A DNA stretch of 56,484 nt from an uncultured virus (IMG/VR IMGVR_UViG_3300025133_000039) (Duplodnaviria; Heunggongvirae; Uroviricota; Caudoviricetes): IMG/VR virus record IMGVR_UViG_3300025133_000039; one strand, 5' to 3'. This document shows positions 10,966-20,573 of this stretch, one piece after another. The notes under the pieces are model-generated. The model was not told the origin of the DNA. It saw only the letters and a list, made by a program, of their open reading frames with translations, and did no database searches. Position 1 is the first letter of the stretch; each line of letters opens with the position of its first letter. The position numbers and the translations under genes are program-made.

Positions 10966-11005
10966 AAAAAGAATGGCGGAGAGCAACTAGGCTCCCCGCC
11001 ATTCT
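10966..11005 (-). terminator. Intrinsic terminator after the tail tube gene
   Basis: Minus strand reads AGAATGGCGGGGAGC-CTAGTT-GCTCTCCGCCATTCT followed by a T-run. Confidence 0.85.
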
Positions 11006-11033
11006 ATCAATAGGGGTTCTGATTAGCTAGGAC

Positions 11034-11711
11034 TTAAACAGTTGTGAACTGCCCGTTGTTCTGGCTAAGGTCCCACGAACCTAGAGAGCGCCATGGGAGA
11101 ATCGTCCGACACACATATGTCATCTGGTTCTCAATGACGATATCGTCGATGCTGAAACCAGAACCTTCGTTCAGAATTTCTACACCGTAGATTCGCATAG
11201 TCGCCGCCTTACCATACTCATTCGCAGCAATAACTACGATGTCGAACGGTGGTACCTGGTCTACATACCAAGGAGCACGAACTGTGAAGTTGTCTCCGAG
11301 GTCACCAGGATTGAACGGCGCTGTGGATACTCCGGTTAGGTCGCCTACGGCGCCCGAACCTGGGAGTGGGGTTGCGTTGTTGGGATCGTTGGGATCTGGG
11401 TAGATCTCATCGTTGTCGGCTACGAAGTTAGTCTGCGCGAATGCAGTATCGAGAATCAGGTGCTGATCAAGCAATAGCGAGATCATGGTTCCTGCGATAC
11501 CACGCTTTCCACGAGAGAAACTTAGAGGGTCAACACGTCCCATGACGTAGATAGGAGCCTTCTCACGCTGAACAGCATAAGAGAGCGCCTGGAGCTGACC
11601 AACGGGCTCGCCGTTAATCACCGCACGAATATCTACTCCTGAGTAAGACGTGAAGTGACGACTTAGCTCGGTTGAGTCAGAAGGTACGTTTGGTCCAAAT
11701 GTACTAGGCAT
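11034..11711 (-). CDS. Major tail tube protein
   Basis: Directly follows the sheath gene and is followed by a terminator. Carries SYSGVDIRA...GQLQALSYAVQREKAPIYVMG...FSRGKRGIAG, a motif seen in tube proteins of large myophages. Confidence 0.85.
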   Translation of the reverse strand: MPSTFGPNVPSDSTELSRHFTSYSGVDIRAVINGEPVGQLQALSYAVQREKAPIYVMGRVDPLSFSRGKRGIAGTMISLLLDQHLILDTAFAQTNFVADNDEIYPDPNDPNNATPLPGSGAVGDLTGVSTAPFNPGDLGDNFTVRAPWYVDQVPPFDIVVIAANEYGKAATMRIYGVEILNEGSGFSIDDIVIENQMTYVCRTILPWRSLGSWDLSQNNGQFTTV

Positions 11712-11722
11712 TATCTATCTCC

Positions 11723-14026
11723 TTACCCTAGCTCGGATGCTTCCGCAGCGAGCGAAGTTTCGACCGTAATTCTCTCGATTGAGAAAGGTGGAATCATCGT
11801 TAGGGCTACAGTGAGCCTACCGATAACCTTGTCCGATCGCGTGTAACGTAGCCTTGCGACTGCACCACCGTTGAAGCCGAGCTGACGCTCAGCCTTAAGG
11901 AAGCCGTCGATTGCTGTCTGTAGAGACAGCAGCTGCGTACTACTAAATGGCTTACCAATGTAGCCTCGGCAGATTCTTCGGATTCCCTCAAGCTCACGGT
12001 TCACAGAGCGAATCGTTGAGATGCGAGTCCAATCAGAACCAGGATGTGCAGCAGTCTTTGAGTTAACGATAACTGGACCCACACCGTCTACCTGCTGTAC
12101 ACCGATGAATCGGAATCCAGCAAGGTCGTTCTGCAGAGTAATAGGTACTCGAACTGGGCTTACAATCGCAGTCATAAGACCGTTCTGCTCACCAATTGGC
12201 TCAAGGTTCTCTGCAAGTGTGGTTAGCTTACCTGCGAACGCTGCTTCGAAACTTCCTCGGTAGGTACCGAAGGAGTTTACATGGACAGGGTGCTCGTAGG
12301 TGATGAAGATATGCTTACCGATATCTACCGGCATACCATTCAGGTCTTCATCTTCGTCGCCATCGTCAATGCCGTATGGGCGGCTGTTGTTCGGAAGATC
12401 GTCACCAACAGTCTTGATGAATCCACCATAAGCGAGACCGTTAGAGGCAGCGCCATTGACGAGCTGCTCGTAACGATAACCCGCTGCACCAGTCATGAAT
12501 GGGTCTCCAAGAAGCCCCACACCCTCGTCGGCGCTTGAGTTAATTCCGTCAACACCGCTGAAGTCCGTGAATACAGGACGCTCACCAACCCACCCAGCTA
12601 CGTCAAGGCGGGAGAACCCGTCAGGAGGCAGAGTGGAAACAACACCAATCATGGTACGCCAGCTTGTGCTTGCCCACTCAAGGAAGGATGCTAGAGAGTG
12701 CGCAAAGTTAACCTCGCGAAGCTCTGCAACGGCGCCAGCCTGGAAGCGAGTATGCACTACGGCAGGGACGTCGTCGCCAGTTAGGTCTGCATGAGAAAGG
12801 TATGAGCCCGCAGGGAGATCAAACAACTCTGGGCCGTCCGGGGACATAGTTCCTGCAGAAGCAGAAGTAATAGTTGCCAGAGCGGTTGCAGGTCCAGAAA
12901 GGTTGAATCGTGTTTCAATCTGGTCGTCAGTTGAAACACCAGCCTCAATCTGGATTGAGATCGCGTTACCCACAACACTTACTACCTCTGCACCAGCGGT
13001 ACCGCCACCAGTGAATTCGATGCTTACAACCTCTCCCGCAGGGCCAGTAGCGACGGCGGTAAAGGTGTTGGTACCGGTATCAGTGATAACAGCAGTAGCA
13101 TTAGTAGCTGTAAACAGTGTCGCTGTTGGCGACATGTAGACGAACTTCTTACCTCGGTAAGTAAGCTCCCAAGCATAACCTAGGGCATCTCCCGCGCTCC
13201 CCGGTACTGGTACCGAGGTGTTGCCAGAAACAACATACGAAGGCGTATCGCCTCGCGACACGTTCGGATCGTCTAGGTGAATACCAGCGGGCACCACAAT
13301 GTCGGCATCGCGGTGATCAAGTAGGTGGTAAGCTACCTCTAGCGCAGCAAAGCGCTCAGGTAGCGACGGGTCTGTACCGTCGGCGCCGTTTGTCTTTGTC
13401 AGGGCAACAGATACAGCAGTCGCAGCGACGTCAGCCGTGAAACTACCCGTTACCATGTCAAGAAGCGTAAGTGCGTTGTCCGGGTCAGTGATATCGTTCA
13501 GCGCAAACAGGTCAAGACCATTGAGTGTGACATCAATAATGCCAGTATCAATGATCGGGATGCCGTCAATAGTTGCCTCTTCTGAATCGTAAACAAACTG
13601 ACTCTCTAGCTTGTCGTAAACAAGGATACGAAGAGTATCGTTGGTTGCGTCGTCGTTAGTGTCAATCGGCTCTAGAATTAGAGCGTACCTACTCAGAATT
13701 TCCGCATCGCGGAATTCTGGAGTAATCTGGAGTGTACCGCCGACGTTATCAGTAAGTAATACTGTGCCCTGGCTTCCACCGATTCGCATAAGGAAAATGT
13801 TGTCAGCACCCTGAGCGCGGACCTCGTGGTACTTTCTGTACATCTCTGATGATGCACCGAATTCTGTACGTACTTCACCAGAAGAGAGCCCACGAAATAG
13901 TTCGTAGGAAAGCCCACTGGGTGCGGTGCCGAGAATCAGGACTCGGGGCTGCGCCGATCCCGTGTCGGTAACAAGATTACCGTCCAGGTACACAGCGCCA
14001 ACGCCTGGGATATTTTCATATGGCAT
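11723..14026 (-). CDS. Tail sheath protein
   Basis: 767 aa with N-terminal IPGVGAVYLDG and a sheath-type C-terminus (RISTIR...YIGKP...IPPFSIERITVETSL). Lies upstream of the tube gene. Confidence 0.9.
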   Translation of the reverse strand: MPYENIPGVGAVYLDGNLVTDTGSAQPRVLILGTAPSGLSYELFRGLSSGEVRTEFGASSEMYRKYHEVRAQGADNIFLMRIGGSQGTVLLTDNVGGTLQITPEFRDAEILSRYALILEPIDTNDDATNDTLRILVYDKLESQFVYDSEEATIDGIPIIDTGIIDVTLNGLDLFALNDITDPDNALTLLDMVTGSFTADVAATAVSVALTKTNGADGTDPSLPERFAALEVAYHLLDHRDADIVVPAGIHLDDPNVSRGDTPSYVVSGNTSVPVPGSAGDALGYAWELTYRGKKFVYMSPTATLFTATNATAVITDTGTNTFTAVATGPAGEVVSIEFTGGGTAGAEVVSVVGNAISIQIEAGVSTDDQIETRFNLSGPATALATITSASAGTMSPDGPELFDLPAGSYLSHADLTGDDVPAVVHTRFQAGAVAELREVNFAHSLASFLEWASTSWRTMIGVVSTLPPDGFSRLDVAGWVGERPVFTDFSGVDGINSSADEGVGLLGDPFMTGAAGYRYEQLVNGAASNGLAYGGFIKTVGDDLPNNSRPYGIDDGDEDEDLNGMPVDIGKHIFITYEHPVHVNSFGTYRGSFEAAFAGKLTTLAENLEPIGEQNGLMTAIVSPVRVPITLQNDLAGFRFIGVQQVDGVGPVIVNSKTAAHPGSDWTRISTIRSVNRELEGIRRICRGYIGKPFSSTQLLSLQTAIDGFLKAERQLGFNGGAVARLRYTRSDKVIGRLTVALTMIPPFSIERITVETSLAAEASELG

Positions 14027-14040
14027 TGAAACCTCCGTTG

Positions 14041-14871
14041 TTAATCACAATAGCTTGCAGGCAAGCTGGTTGGTCTGTAATTGGCTAGAGGGAGTTCACC
14101 TACCAAGGCATTGCCCTCAAGCACCACGTTTTTAATCTTCGGGTGCGCTTTCACGAAGAATTCTCTAAACCGAACCGTGAAGTTAATCGGCCTATAGAAC
14201 AGACGCTGACCTTGAGAAGTAAAGTAAGTGTCGGGTCCTCGATCCTTAAAAAAGAACTTCTCTACGCCTCGACTCTCAAAGACCCACGAATGGGTTACAA
14301 AAAGTTGTTCTAGCCATAGAGCGGTTCTATTCGCATCCTTATTAGTTTTAGCCCAACAAGTAAACTCAATCAAGTGATCTAGTGGGCGTGACTCAATTTC
14401 TACTACCTTATTGGGGTAGTGAGGGCTACTCTCGTACCGCTCATGAAGGCTTCTTCTCTGCGGGCGTCCAGTACCTTTTGCATTCATCTTTGCAGGCTCT
14501 CGTCTCAGTAATCTGAAAGCGATAACCTCGTCTCCGTAGGAGTCGAATGGATCCGGTGGATACTCTTCAACCAGCGTTACCCTCTTACTCTCTTCCTTGT
14601 CTTCCTGCGCAACTTGAATCAGCTCTGCTGCCAAGGAAAAGAAACGCGGCAAACTCATTGACTGCTGAGTGGTCAATAACCTCTCAACATTTGTATTCCA
14701 AGGGCTACTAGTAGAACCCCAGGGGCTATGAATCTCAGTAGGAAGCTCCCATTGAGACTTAATGCTGTCGCCATCAAGCAGATGAACCGTGAATGTCTCC
14801 TTAGCTTCCTCTAGCCTTTCGACAGGCACGTCTTCAACAAGCGTGGAGACTTCGGGATCTACGTTTGACAT
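14041..14871 (-). CDS. Putative tail terminator/completion protein
   Basis: 276 aa immediately upstream of the sheath. The IEFTCWAKT...A pattern is typical of tail terminators. Confidence 0.55.
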   Translation of the reverse strand: MSNVDPEVSTLVEDVPVERLEEAKETFTVHLLDGDSIKSQWELPTEIHSPWGSTSSPWNTNVERLLTTQQSMSLPRFFSLAAELIQVAQEDKEESKRVTLVEEYPPDPFDSYGDEVIAFRLLRREPAKMNAKGTGRPQRRSLHERYESSPHYPNKVVEIESRPLDHLIEFTCWAKTNKDANRTALWLEQLFVTHSWVFESRGVEKFFFKDRGPDTYFTSQGQRLFYRPINFTVRFREFFVKAHPKIKNVVLEGNALVGELPLANYRPTSLPASYCD

Positions 14872-15455
14872 TACGGCTCCAACCTAATGGAATCTTCTTC
14901 TCTGCAGTAAACTGCAATAAACTCTAACCTTCCAAAATCAGCACGACGCTCATCGATTGTCTGCGGCTTATAGATGGCCTTTCGTTTGTATGGTACTACT
15001 GCGTCCCCTTCGACATCAAGCAATAGTTCAACGATCTTGTCATCGTAGCGAATGATTGTGTCGTATCTGAAGTAAAAAACCTTGTAATCGGTGCGCAGTG
15101 TACCGGGGGTGAGCTTCATTACTCTATTAGCCATGCCGCCATCAGCACCTACATATGTCTCGTATGTGGTCGCAAAAGACTCATCCCAGAAAAAGCCCTC
15201 ACCTAGGCAGAACGGACAGTCCTTCTCAGTATCAGGCTCGTGGGTAAGCTCATCCTTACAAGGGCAAGGGATTTTGGCACCATCGTCATCTCTTTGCATA
15301 ATGCGAAGAAGTACAGGCTTCCCATGAGGAAGACTGTTTGGACCTCCAAAAAGAATCTGATCGAACTCCTCACGCAAATCAATTTCACGACGACCGCCTG
15401 TCTGGCGGTTCGTCGCATTGCGACCTGCCGGATATAGTTTACGTGGAGAGGCCAT
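14871..15455 (-). CDS. Putative head-closure (neck) protein with zinc-binding motif
   Basis: CPC...CPFCLGEG motif. Position between adaptor and terminator. Confidence 0.6.
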   Translation of the reverse strand: MASPRKLYPAGRNATNRQTGGRREIDLREEFDQILFGGPNSLPHGKPVLLRIMQRDDDGAKIPCPCKDELTHEPDTEKDCPFCLGEGFFWDESFATTYETYVGADGGMANRVMKLTPGTLRTDYKVFYFRYDTIIRYDDKIVELLLDVEGDAVVPYKRKAIYKPQTIDERRADFGRLEFIAVYCREEDSIRLEP

Positions 15456-16528
15456 TAGGGCAGCCTATCGTTTCCAGAGAGGGCAGCTGGGATCGATCTC
15501 TCAATCACTGCGCGGGTTGGGCCGTCAGCGTGACCATGCCTAAAGCGTCTGAATCCTCTTGGACGAACCTTTGTGTTCTGATTAGGCACAGCATATGGGA
15601 ACTGGTCAGAGTTAAACCAAAGTCTTCCAATTGGCCTACGGTCAGGGTCGTAGAGACCCTTCACGGCGAAGCTTGGGTTAAAGCCCTGGCCAGGAGTAAT
15701 GCAGCCGCCAGAGTTGACAACTCGGAGCCACTCTCTTCGAAGCTCCTTGAGTTCGTCAAGGATACCCTTGAAGTCAGTGTTGTTCTGGATCATCAAGTCT
15801 GCGAGACGCTTAGTTTTTGGTCCCGCGCCAGCTGGTAAGAGCAGAAGCTTAATCATAGCGTCATAAGTAACGAACTTGGTCTTCGCTACAGCTAATCGCT
15901 GAGAGCATTTGCCTCCACCGTTGGGTGCGTACTGGTCAGCCTCAATTGAAGACCAATGAATCATCAGGCAGAGGGTGTCGTCGGGAATACCGTCGAGCCA
16001 CGGACCCGCCTCCAATCGTACCAGATCTGTCGAAGCGTAGAGAGGGTTGTAGACAGTGCTGAAGGTTAGGATTACATCCTCGCCAAGAGTGTCACCACTT
16101 ACCGAACCTGCAAGACTCTCATCTAGTGTAATTACGATAAGCTGATTGTAGTCAAGACTCTGCTGACTCCAACTACCACCAGTCACAACTTCCGTAGACA
16201 AGATTCTTGAAACCATGGTTGTCTGGATATCCCCTACCCAAACATCATGCCAGGTGCCAGCGGGCCCACCGCCTGGCACAGTCCACACGTACTCATAAAA
16301 GCCTGTATCAATATTAGTAATGCTGTCCGGAGCAACAGTTACAGTGGCTCCAGAAAAATCATCAGCATTGACAGCCGCCTGGACTGTATCGAGATCTGAA
16401 CTGGAATCATAGAGATACAACTCTAGAGTTCCTGAATCAACATTTACAGGCTCCCCACATGCATCTAGGAAGATGACTCGGAGAGTGATAGCTTGACCTG
16501 CCGGAACACATGTTCTTTCGAACGCCAT
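15455..16528 (-). CDS. Putative head-tail adaptor (neck) protein with Ig-like N-terminus
   Basis: Beta-rich N-terminus followed by a helical domain (YASTDLVRL...IPDDTLCLMI...TKRLADL). Assignment is positional. Confidence 0.55.
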   Translation of the reverse strand: MAFERTCVPAGQAITLRVIFLDACGEPVNVDSGTLELYLYDSSSDLDTVQAAVNADDFSGATVTVAPDSITNIDTGFYEYVWTVPGGGPAGTWHDVWVGDIQTTMVSRILSTEVVTGGSWSQQSLDYNQLIVITLDESLAGSVSGDTLGEDVILTFSTVYNPLYASTDLVRLEAGPWLDGIPDDTLCLMIHWSSIEADQYAPNGGGKCSQRLAVAKTKFVTYDAMIKLLLLPAGAGPKTKRLADLMIQNNTDFKGILDELKELRREWLRVVNSGGCITPGQGFNPSFAVKGLYDPDRRPIGRLWFNSDQFPYAVPNQNTKVRPRGFRRFRHGHADGPTRAVIERSIPAALSGNDRLP

Positions 16529-16538
16529 GTCAGTCTCC

Positions 16539-17645
16539 TTAGATTTCGATAGTTAGGACATCGTCAACCACTGTAAGCTTCTTAAAAAGCTCTACTGGCT
16601 GACCAGTCTTCGTTACAGAAGGTCCCGTGAAGGCTCCGCTCGCTGAGTGAGCCTCTACAGTTACGGTATCCTGGGTCACTGTTGCTGGATCCAGGTCCTC
16701 GCTAAAGGTAATAGTGATGGTCCTTGTGGTTAAGGGAAGGTTAAAATCCCTGTCAGGAGGATCGCTATCTATAACAGTAAGTGCGCCACTCGGAGAAGTG
16801 AGGCCTGTAAGACCGCCAATGACAGAAGTACTTGCTGACGAAGGAACCGACTGGATGGAGCCGGTTCCAGTAGTGAAGCTAAACGAATATGAAGCCGCTA
16901 GATAAACTAGCGGCTCTACTGCGAATACGTACTCATCATTAAGCAGGAACCCAGAACCAGTAGCTCTTAACTGCAGTCCACTATCAAGGCGTCTAAAGCG
17001 CCTTGATGTGAGCTTGCCAGTTGTAGCAGAAGGCTCGCCAAGAGAATCAAACCACCACTTATATTTAGCAGTGCCGATATCTCCAGCGAGAGTAATCTTC
17101 ACATGAACTTCGTCTGAAACGGAGCCGAGGTACTGGCCAGCGGGAACAAGGTCTCCAGTAGTACTGGTTACGCTAGCCTCGTCTATGTCGAAGATTGTTC
17201 TCTGGGAAACGCCCCTATCGTCACCAACCTCTGCCTTGCCGATAATATATACGGTGTAGTTGGTATCTGCCGCTAAAGGCGCCTTCGGGGTTACAACGAG
17301 TTTTTGGGAGTAGGGACCTGCGGTTTCGTCAGCCTGACCTAGCACTGGATCAATATCGACCTCAGCGCCAAGGCCGTCAACGTAAACCACCTTGTAATCC
17401 GCAGGCACCGTACCTGTGAATCCAGGGGATTTTAGAAAATAAGAGTTCTCTCCCGTGTCCTGATCGATCCAAATAGCCTGGTCTGGACCACTGGTCTGAT
17501 CGAAGTCGGGGCCGTAGATAACTACGTTAGAGATTGCTGAAGTTAGGTCAATGCCAACATCGAACGTAATCTCAATATCAGCTCGGACGGGTATCCCCGT
17601 CGCTAGGTCGTTCGGATAGACCGCTGTTACTGTTGGTGCTGGCAT
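16539..17645 (-). CDS. Ig-like (Big_5-type) domain virion protein
   Basis: Two Ig-like signatures: PTVTAVYP...IEITFD and VIDSDPPD...ITITFSEDLDPATV. Confidence 0.7.
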   Translation of the reverse strand: MPAPTVTAVYPNDLATGIPVRADIEITFDVGIDLTSAISNVVIYGPDFDQTSGPDQAIWIDQDTGENSYFLKSPGFTGTVPADYKVVYVDGLGAEVDIDPVLGQADETAGPYSQKLVVTPKAPLAADTNYTVYIIGKAEVGDDRGVSQRTIFDIDEASVTSTTGDLVPAGQYLGSVSDEVHVKITLAGDIGTAKYKWWFDSLGEPSATTGKLTSRRFRRLDSGLQLRATGSGFLLNDEYVFAVEPLVYLAASYSFSFTTGTGSIQSVPSSASTSVIGGLTGLTSPSGALTVIDSDPPDRDFNLPLTTRTITITFSEDLDPATVTQDTVTVEAHSASGAFTGPSVTKTGQPVELFKKLTVVDDVLTIEI

Positions 17646-17790
17646 CAGGCTCCTCCGGCTTAAAAGGCTTGATTTGGATGGTTACGAATTCGCCATCTTC
17701 TTCGAACTCAGCGAATGCAGGCAAAGAGACAGGTCTTCCAGCTGCGAGGTCTTCTTTTTGTCCCTCGTCAAGATTAGCACGCCAACTCAT
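17578..17790 (-). CDS. Small hypothetical protein
   Basis: GGAG RBS before ATG at 17790 (MSWRANLDEG...), downstream of the capsid terminator. Overlaps the next gene. Confidence 0.45.
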   Translation of the reverse strand: MSWRANLDEGQKEDLAAGRPVSLPAFAEFEEDGEFVTIQIKPFKPEEPDASTNSNSGLSERPSDGDTRPS

Positions 17791-17806
17791 AGGTTCTCCA
17801 GGATAA

Positions 17807-17842
17807 AGTAAAAGGGGTGAGGCCCCGAAAGACCTCACCCCT
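17807..17842 (-). terminator. Intrinsic terminator after the major capsid gene
   Basis: Minus strand reads AGGGGTGAGGTC-TTTCGG-GGCCTCACCCCT followed by TTT. Confidence 0.85.
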
Positions 17843-17868
17843 CAAAGTTTACCAGAGTTGCGCTTTGA

Positions 17869-19170
17869 TTACACTACAGGAGTAGCTGGGTCAATCGCAG
17901 CAGCAGTCACAGCCGCAGCCTGAACAGTACCGTTGAAGAAGTTCTCCTCAAGAGCAACGTTCTTGAATACGCCAACGCCCTGGCCTTCGTGTGCAACGGC
18001 GAAGCCGTAGCGCTCACGAATCTTGACCTTGACAGTCTCAACACTCTCGTCCCGCCACTCAACGGTGGTCGGGTCCTCGTCCACGAGGTAGAAGCCTACG
18101 TTTCCTTCGGATAGAAGGAAGATATCACCGAGGTTGCTCTCGGGATCGTAAGTCACCAGTGGGGAGGTGATGATGTTGAGGTTGATGCCAGCGTAAGAAG
18201 GCATACGGAAGGCGGAGTTAGCGCGGTTGCTACGCTCCGCAAGAGCCGTCGGAGTGTCGCCGGACGGAGTACCGCCTGGAACAATTCTCTGACCTCTAGA
18301 TGGACCCTGTCCACCCATAGCTCCGTTACTCCAGCCAGCCTGCGGACCGGGGTTGCCGGACCATCCACCGAAGTAGCTTCCGCCACCATGGTTGATGAGC
18401 ATCGCTCGCATAACCGGGTCCTGAACAAACTTGTAGAAGAACAGTGGGTTCATAAGAAGAGTCGTAGCCGTGAAGCCCTCCTCTGACATATGAGCCATCG
18501 CTCGTAGCAGGTCGTCCATTCGCATAGAACCGTTGCCGGTCATATCGATTGCGCGTCCGGTGGTTACACCGAATAGCGAAGTCGCTGGAGTTAGGTTGTT
18601 GTATAGCTCAGTGCCTAGGGCATTGAGGAAGTTAACTGCCTTCTGTTCCTTGTGTCGAACAAGAGCGTTACCCATGAGACGTAGGTTGATCGCCATGATA
18701 TCCCAGGTGCTGTAGCGCAGAGCCTCGTCGGTGAACGAAGCAGCAATACCGCTCTTACCGATCCAAGCAGTGCTTACCGCTCCACCAATCTGGAACATTA
18801 CCTCAGGATACGTACCGTTTTCCTGGACGTCGCCTGCGTAGACGGCTCCCAGTGCACCAGCAAGTACCTGAGTATTGAGACCCTGTGCCTGCACCTTGCT
18901 AAATAGCGAAGTGATTACAGCCTCGGGCTCAATTGGCTCACGGATGATAATCTCCATCGACTTCTGTAGGAGAGGGGTAATCTCAGAAGCCGCAACAGTG
19001 TCGCGGTTCTTTGGAGAGATTGTCTCTGCAAACGAGGCCCAGGGAACCTTACCATCGGAATCGGGGAGCTGACCCCGGTTCACCATTACGTCCGCTAGAT
19101 AGCGGGCTGCCTGCTCATCACCAGAAGGAAGCTCTAGCTCGTGGCCACCAGTTAGCTTAAGAGTAGTCAT
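17869..19170 (-). CDS. Major capsid protein (HK97-fold expected)
   Basis: Strong AAGGAGG RBS before ATG at 19170. Motifs GKSGIAASFTDEALRYSTWD and KIRERYGFAV. Follows the protease and decoration genes and is followed by a terminator. Confidence 0.85.
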   Translation of the reverse strand: MTTLKLTGGHELELPSGDEQAARYLADVMVNRGQLPDSDGKVPWASFAETISPKNRDTVAASEITPLLQKSMEIIIREPIEPEAVITSLFSKVQAQGLNTQVLAGALGAVYAGDVQENGTYPEVMFQIGGAVSTAWIGKSGIAASFTDEALRYSTWDIMAINLRLMGNALVRHKEQKAVNFLNALGTELYNNLTPATSLFGVTTGRAIDMTGNGSMRMDDLLRAMAHMSEEGFTATTLLMNPLFFYKFVQDPVMRAMLINHGGGSYFGGWSGNPGPQAGWSNGAMGGQGPSRGQRIVPGGTPSGDTPTALAERSNRANSAFRMPSYAGINLNIITSPLVTYDPESNLGDIFLLSEGNVGFYLVDEDPTTVEWRDESVETVKVKIRERYGFAVAHEGQGVGVFKNVALEENFFNGTVQAAAVTAAAIDPATPVV

Positions 19171-19180
19171 TGTCGCCTCC

Positions 19181-20563
19181 TTAGGACATCTTGACGTTGA
19201 CGATTGCGATCGAATCGGCAATAGTCTCGTCAGATAGTGTGATTAGGTCTGAGAAGCCCTTAGTAGCAGTACCGGGCATCTGGGCTAGCTTCGAGAAGCT
19301 GGAACCCTGGAAGCCTGTACGCACGCGGTCTAGGAGACCTCGTGGCTCAGTCTGGACTTCAAGTACACGACCGATTGACTCTTCCTTGTTGGAAGGATCG
19401 CGACCGAGGGAAACTAGGTTAGACTCCTCATCGAAGGATACGTAGTCGCCAGGCTTCGGCATATCCACGAAGTGAATGTGTCGATGGCCACCAGCGTTAC
19501 CCGCAGCGTAACCACTGTAGGTAAAGGTATCCGTGCCAGCAGGCAGTGCGTTACCACCGGTCTCGAAAATAAAGATCATGCCAACCTTTTCGTCAACCCA
19601 GTAGTCGCCAGCCTGCGAAATTGCAGAAATCGAGCTGCGCTTGCGAAGAAGCACGGTGCTTGAGCTTGAAATCGGAGTGCGATCGGTGTCAACCGCAAGA
19701 GGGAAGTCCTCAAACTGAACTGCGATAACGTCATCACCCGAAGCAACAGAGTTAAGACCGGAGCCAGCGTATCGAGCGAGACCCGATAGCTGTGCACTTG
19801 AGAGCCAAAGCTCGCCAGGGGCACTGGAAGCGTCCGGGAAGACGGAGCCGTCACCTGCACTAGCAGTCCACTGGGTGAAGGTGTTGAGTGCGGCACTAGT
19901 TGCTGTTCCCACAGCAACGACCGGAGCCCTTAGCTGAACGTCGGTTAGGAACTGAATTAGGTGCTGCTTCTGGTAGTTCGTGAAGTTCCGACCAGCGTAA
20001 TCATTCTGATCCGCGCCTCCGGCCCACACGTAAACATCGTAAGCAGCGATGCCGACTGCATCGGAGATCCAGCGCGCGGCAACAAGACCCACGTCGTTCA
20101 GGTCAGTATTATCATAAACACCTGGAGTAGTGAAAGCCGCCTCATCAAGACTCTCGGCCACTAAGCCTCGGTCAAGTAGCGCATCAGATAGCTCTGCAAA
20201 GGTTACGGCGCCAACGGCGCCAGTTGTTAGTGCTAGGCCAGTTCTAACATCTACTACACCATAGGACACGTCCGTAGAGGTATAAGTAATGAAAGTTCCG
20301 CCAACAGCAGCAGCATTCGCAATAACAATGGCCAGACCAGCTGGAACAATGCGGCCAGTGAGATCGTATGCGACAGGCTTGCCGCTAGAAATCACAAAAG
20401 CATCAAGAGATGCAGTACCGGTCCACTCGACTGGAAGCCAGTCAGCGGGCTTCCATTCGCCAGCAGGTGCCGAAACGTTAGTCTGAACAACGTTCTTCGG
20501 TGTAATCTGGTCAAAAATGTCATCACGTGTATTGAAAGATGCGTCAAAGCGCTTTACAGTCAT
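19181..20563 (-). CDS. Capsid-associated (decoration-like) structural protein
   Basis: 460 aa between the protease/scaffold and MCP, with FVISSGKPVA and IGRVLEV motifs. Confidence 0.55.
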   Translation of the reverse strand: MTVKRFDASFNTRDDIFDQITPKNVVQTNVSAPAGEWKPADWLPVEWTGTASLDAFVISSGKPVAYDLTGRIVPAGLAIVIANAAAVGGTFITYTSTDVSYGVVDVRTGLALTTGAVGAVTFAELSDALLDRGLVAESLDEAAFTTPGVYDNTDLNDVGLVAARWISDAVGIAAYDVYVWAGGADQNDYAGRNFTNYQKQHLIQFLTDVQLRAPVVAVGTATSAALNTFTQWTASAGDGSVFPDASSAPGELWLSSAQLSGLARYAGSGLNSVASGDDVIAVQFEDFPLAVDTDRTPISSSSTVLLRKRSSISAISQAGDYWVDEKVGMIFIFETGGNALPAGTDTFTYSGYAAGNAGGHRHIHFVDMPKPGDYVSFDEESNLVSLGRDPSNKEESIGRVLEVQTEPRGLLDRVRTGFQGSSFSKLAQMPGTATKGFSDLITLSDETIADSIAIVNVKMS

Positions 20564-20573
20564 GATAACTCCC

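Noticed and set aside
9137..11711. Three tail-tube paralogs as a novelty
   Set aside because: Tube-fold initiator or baseplate paralogs next to the tube gene are normal in contractile-tail systems.
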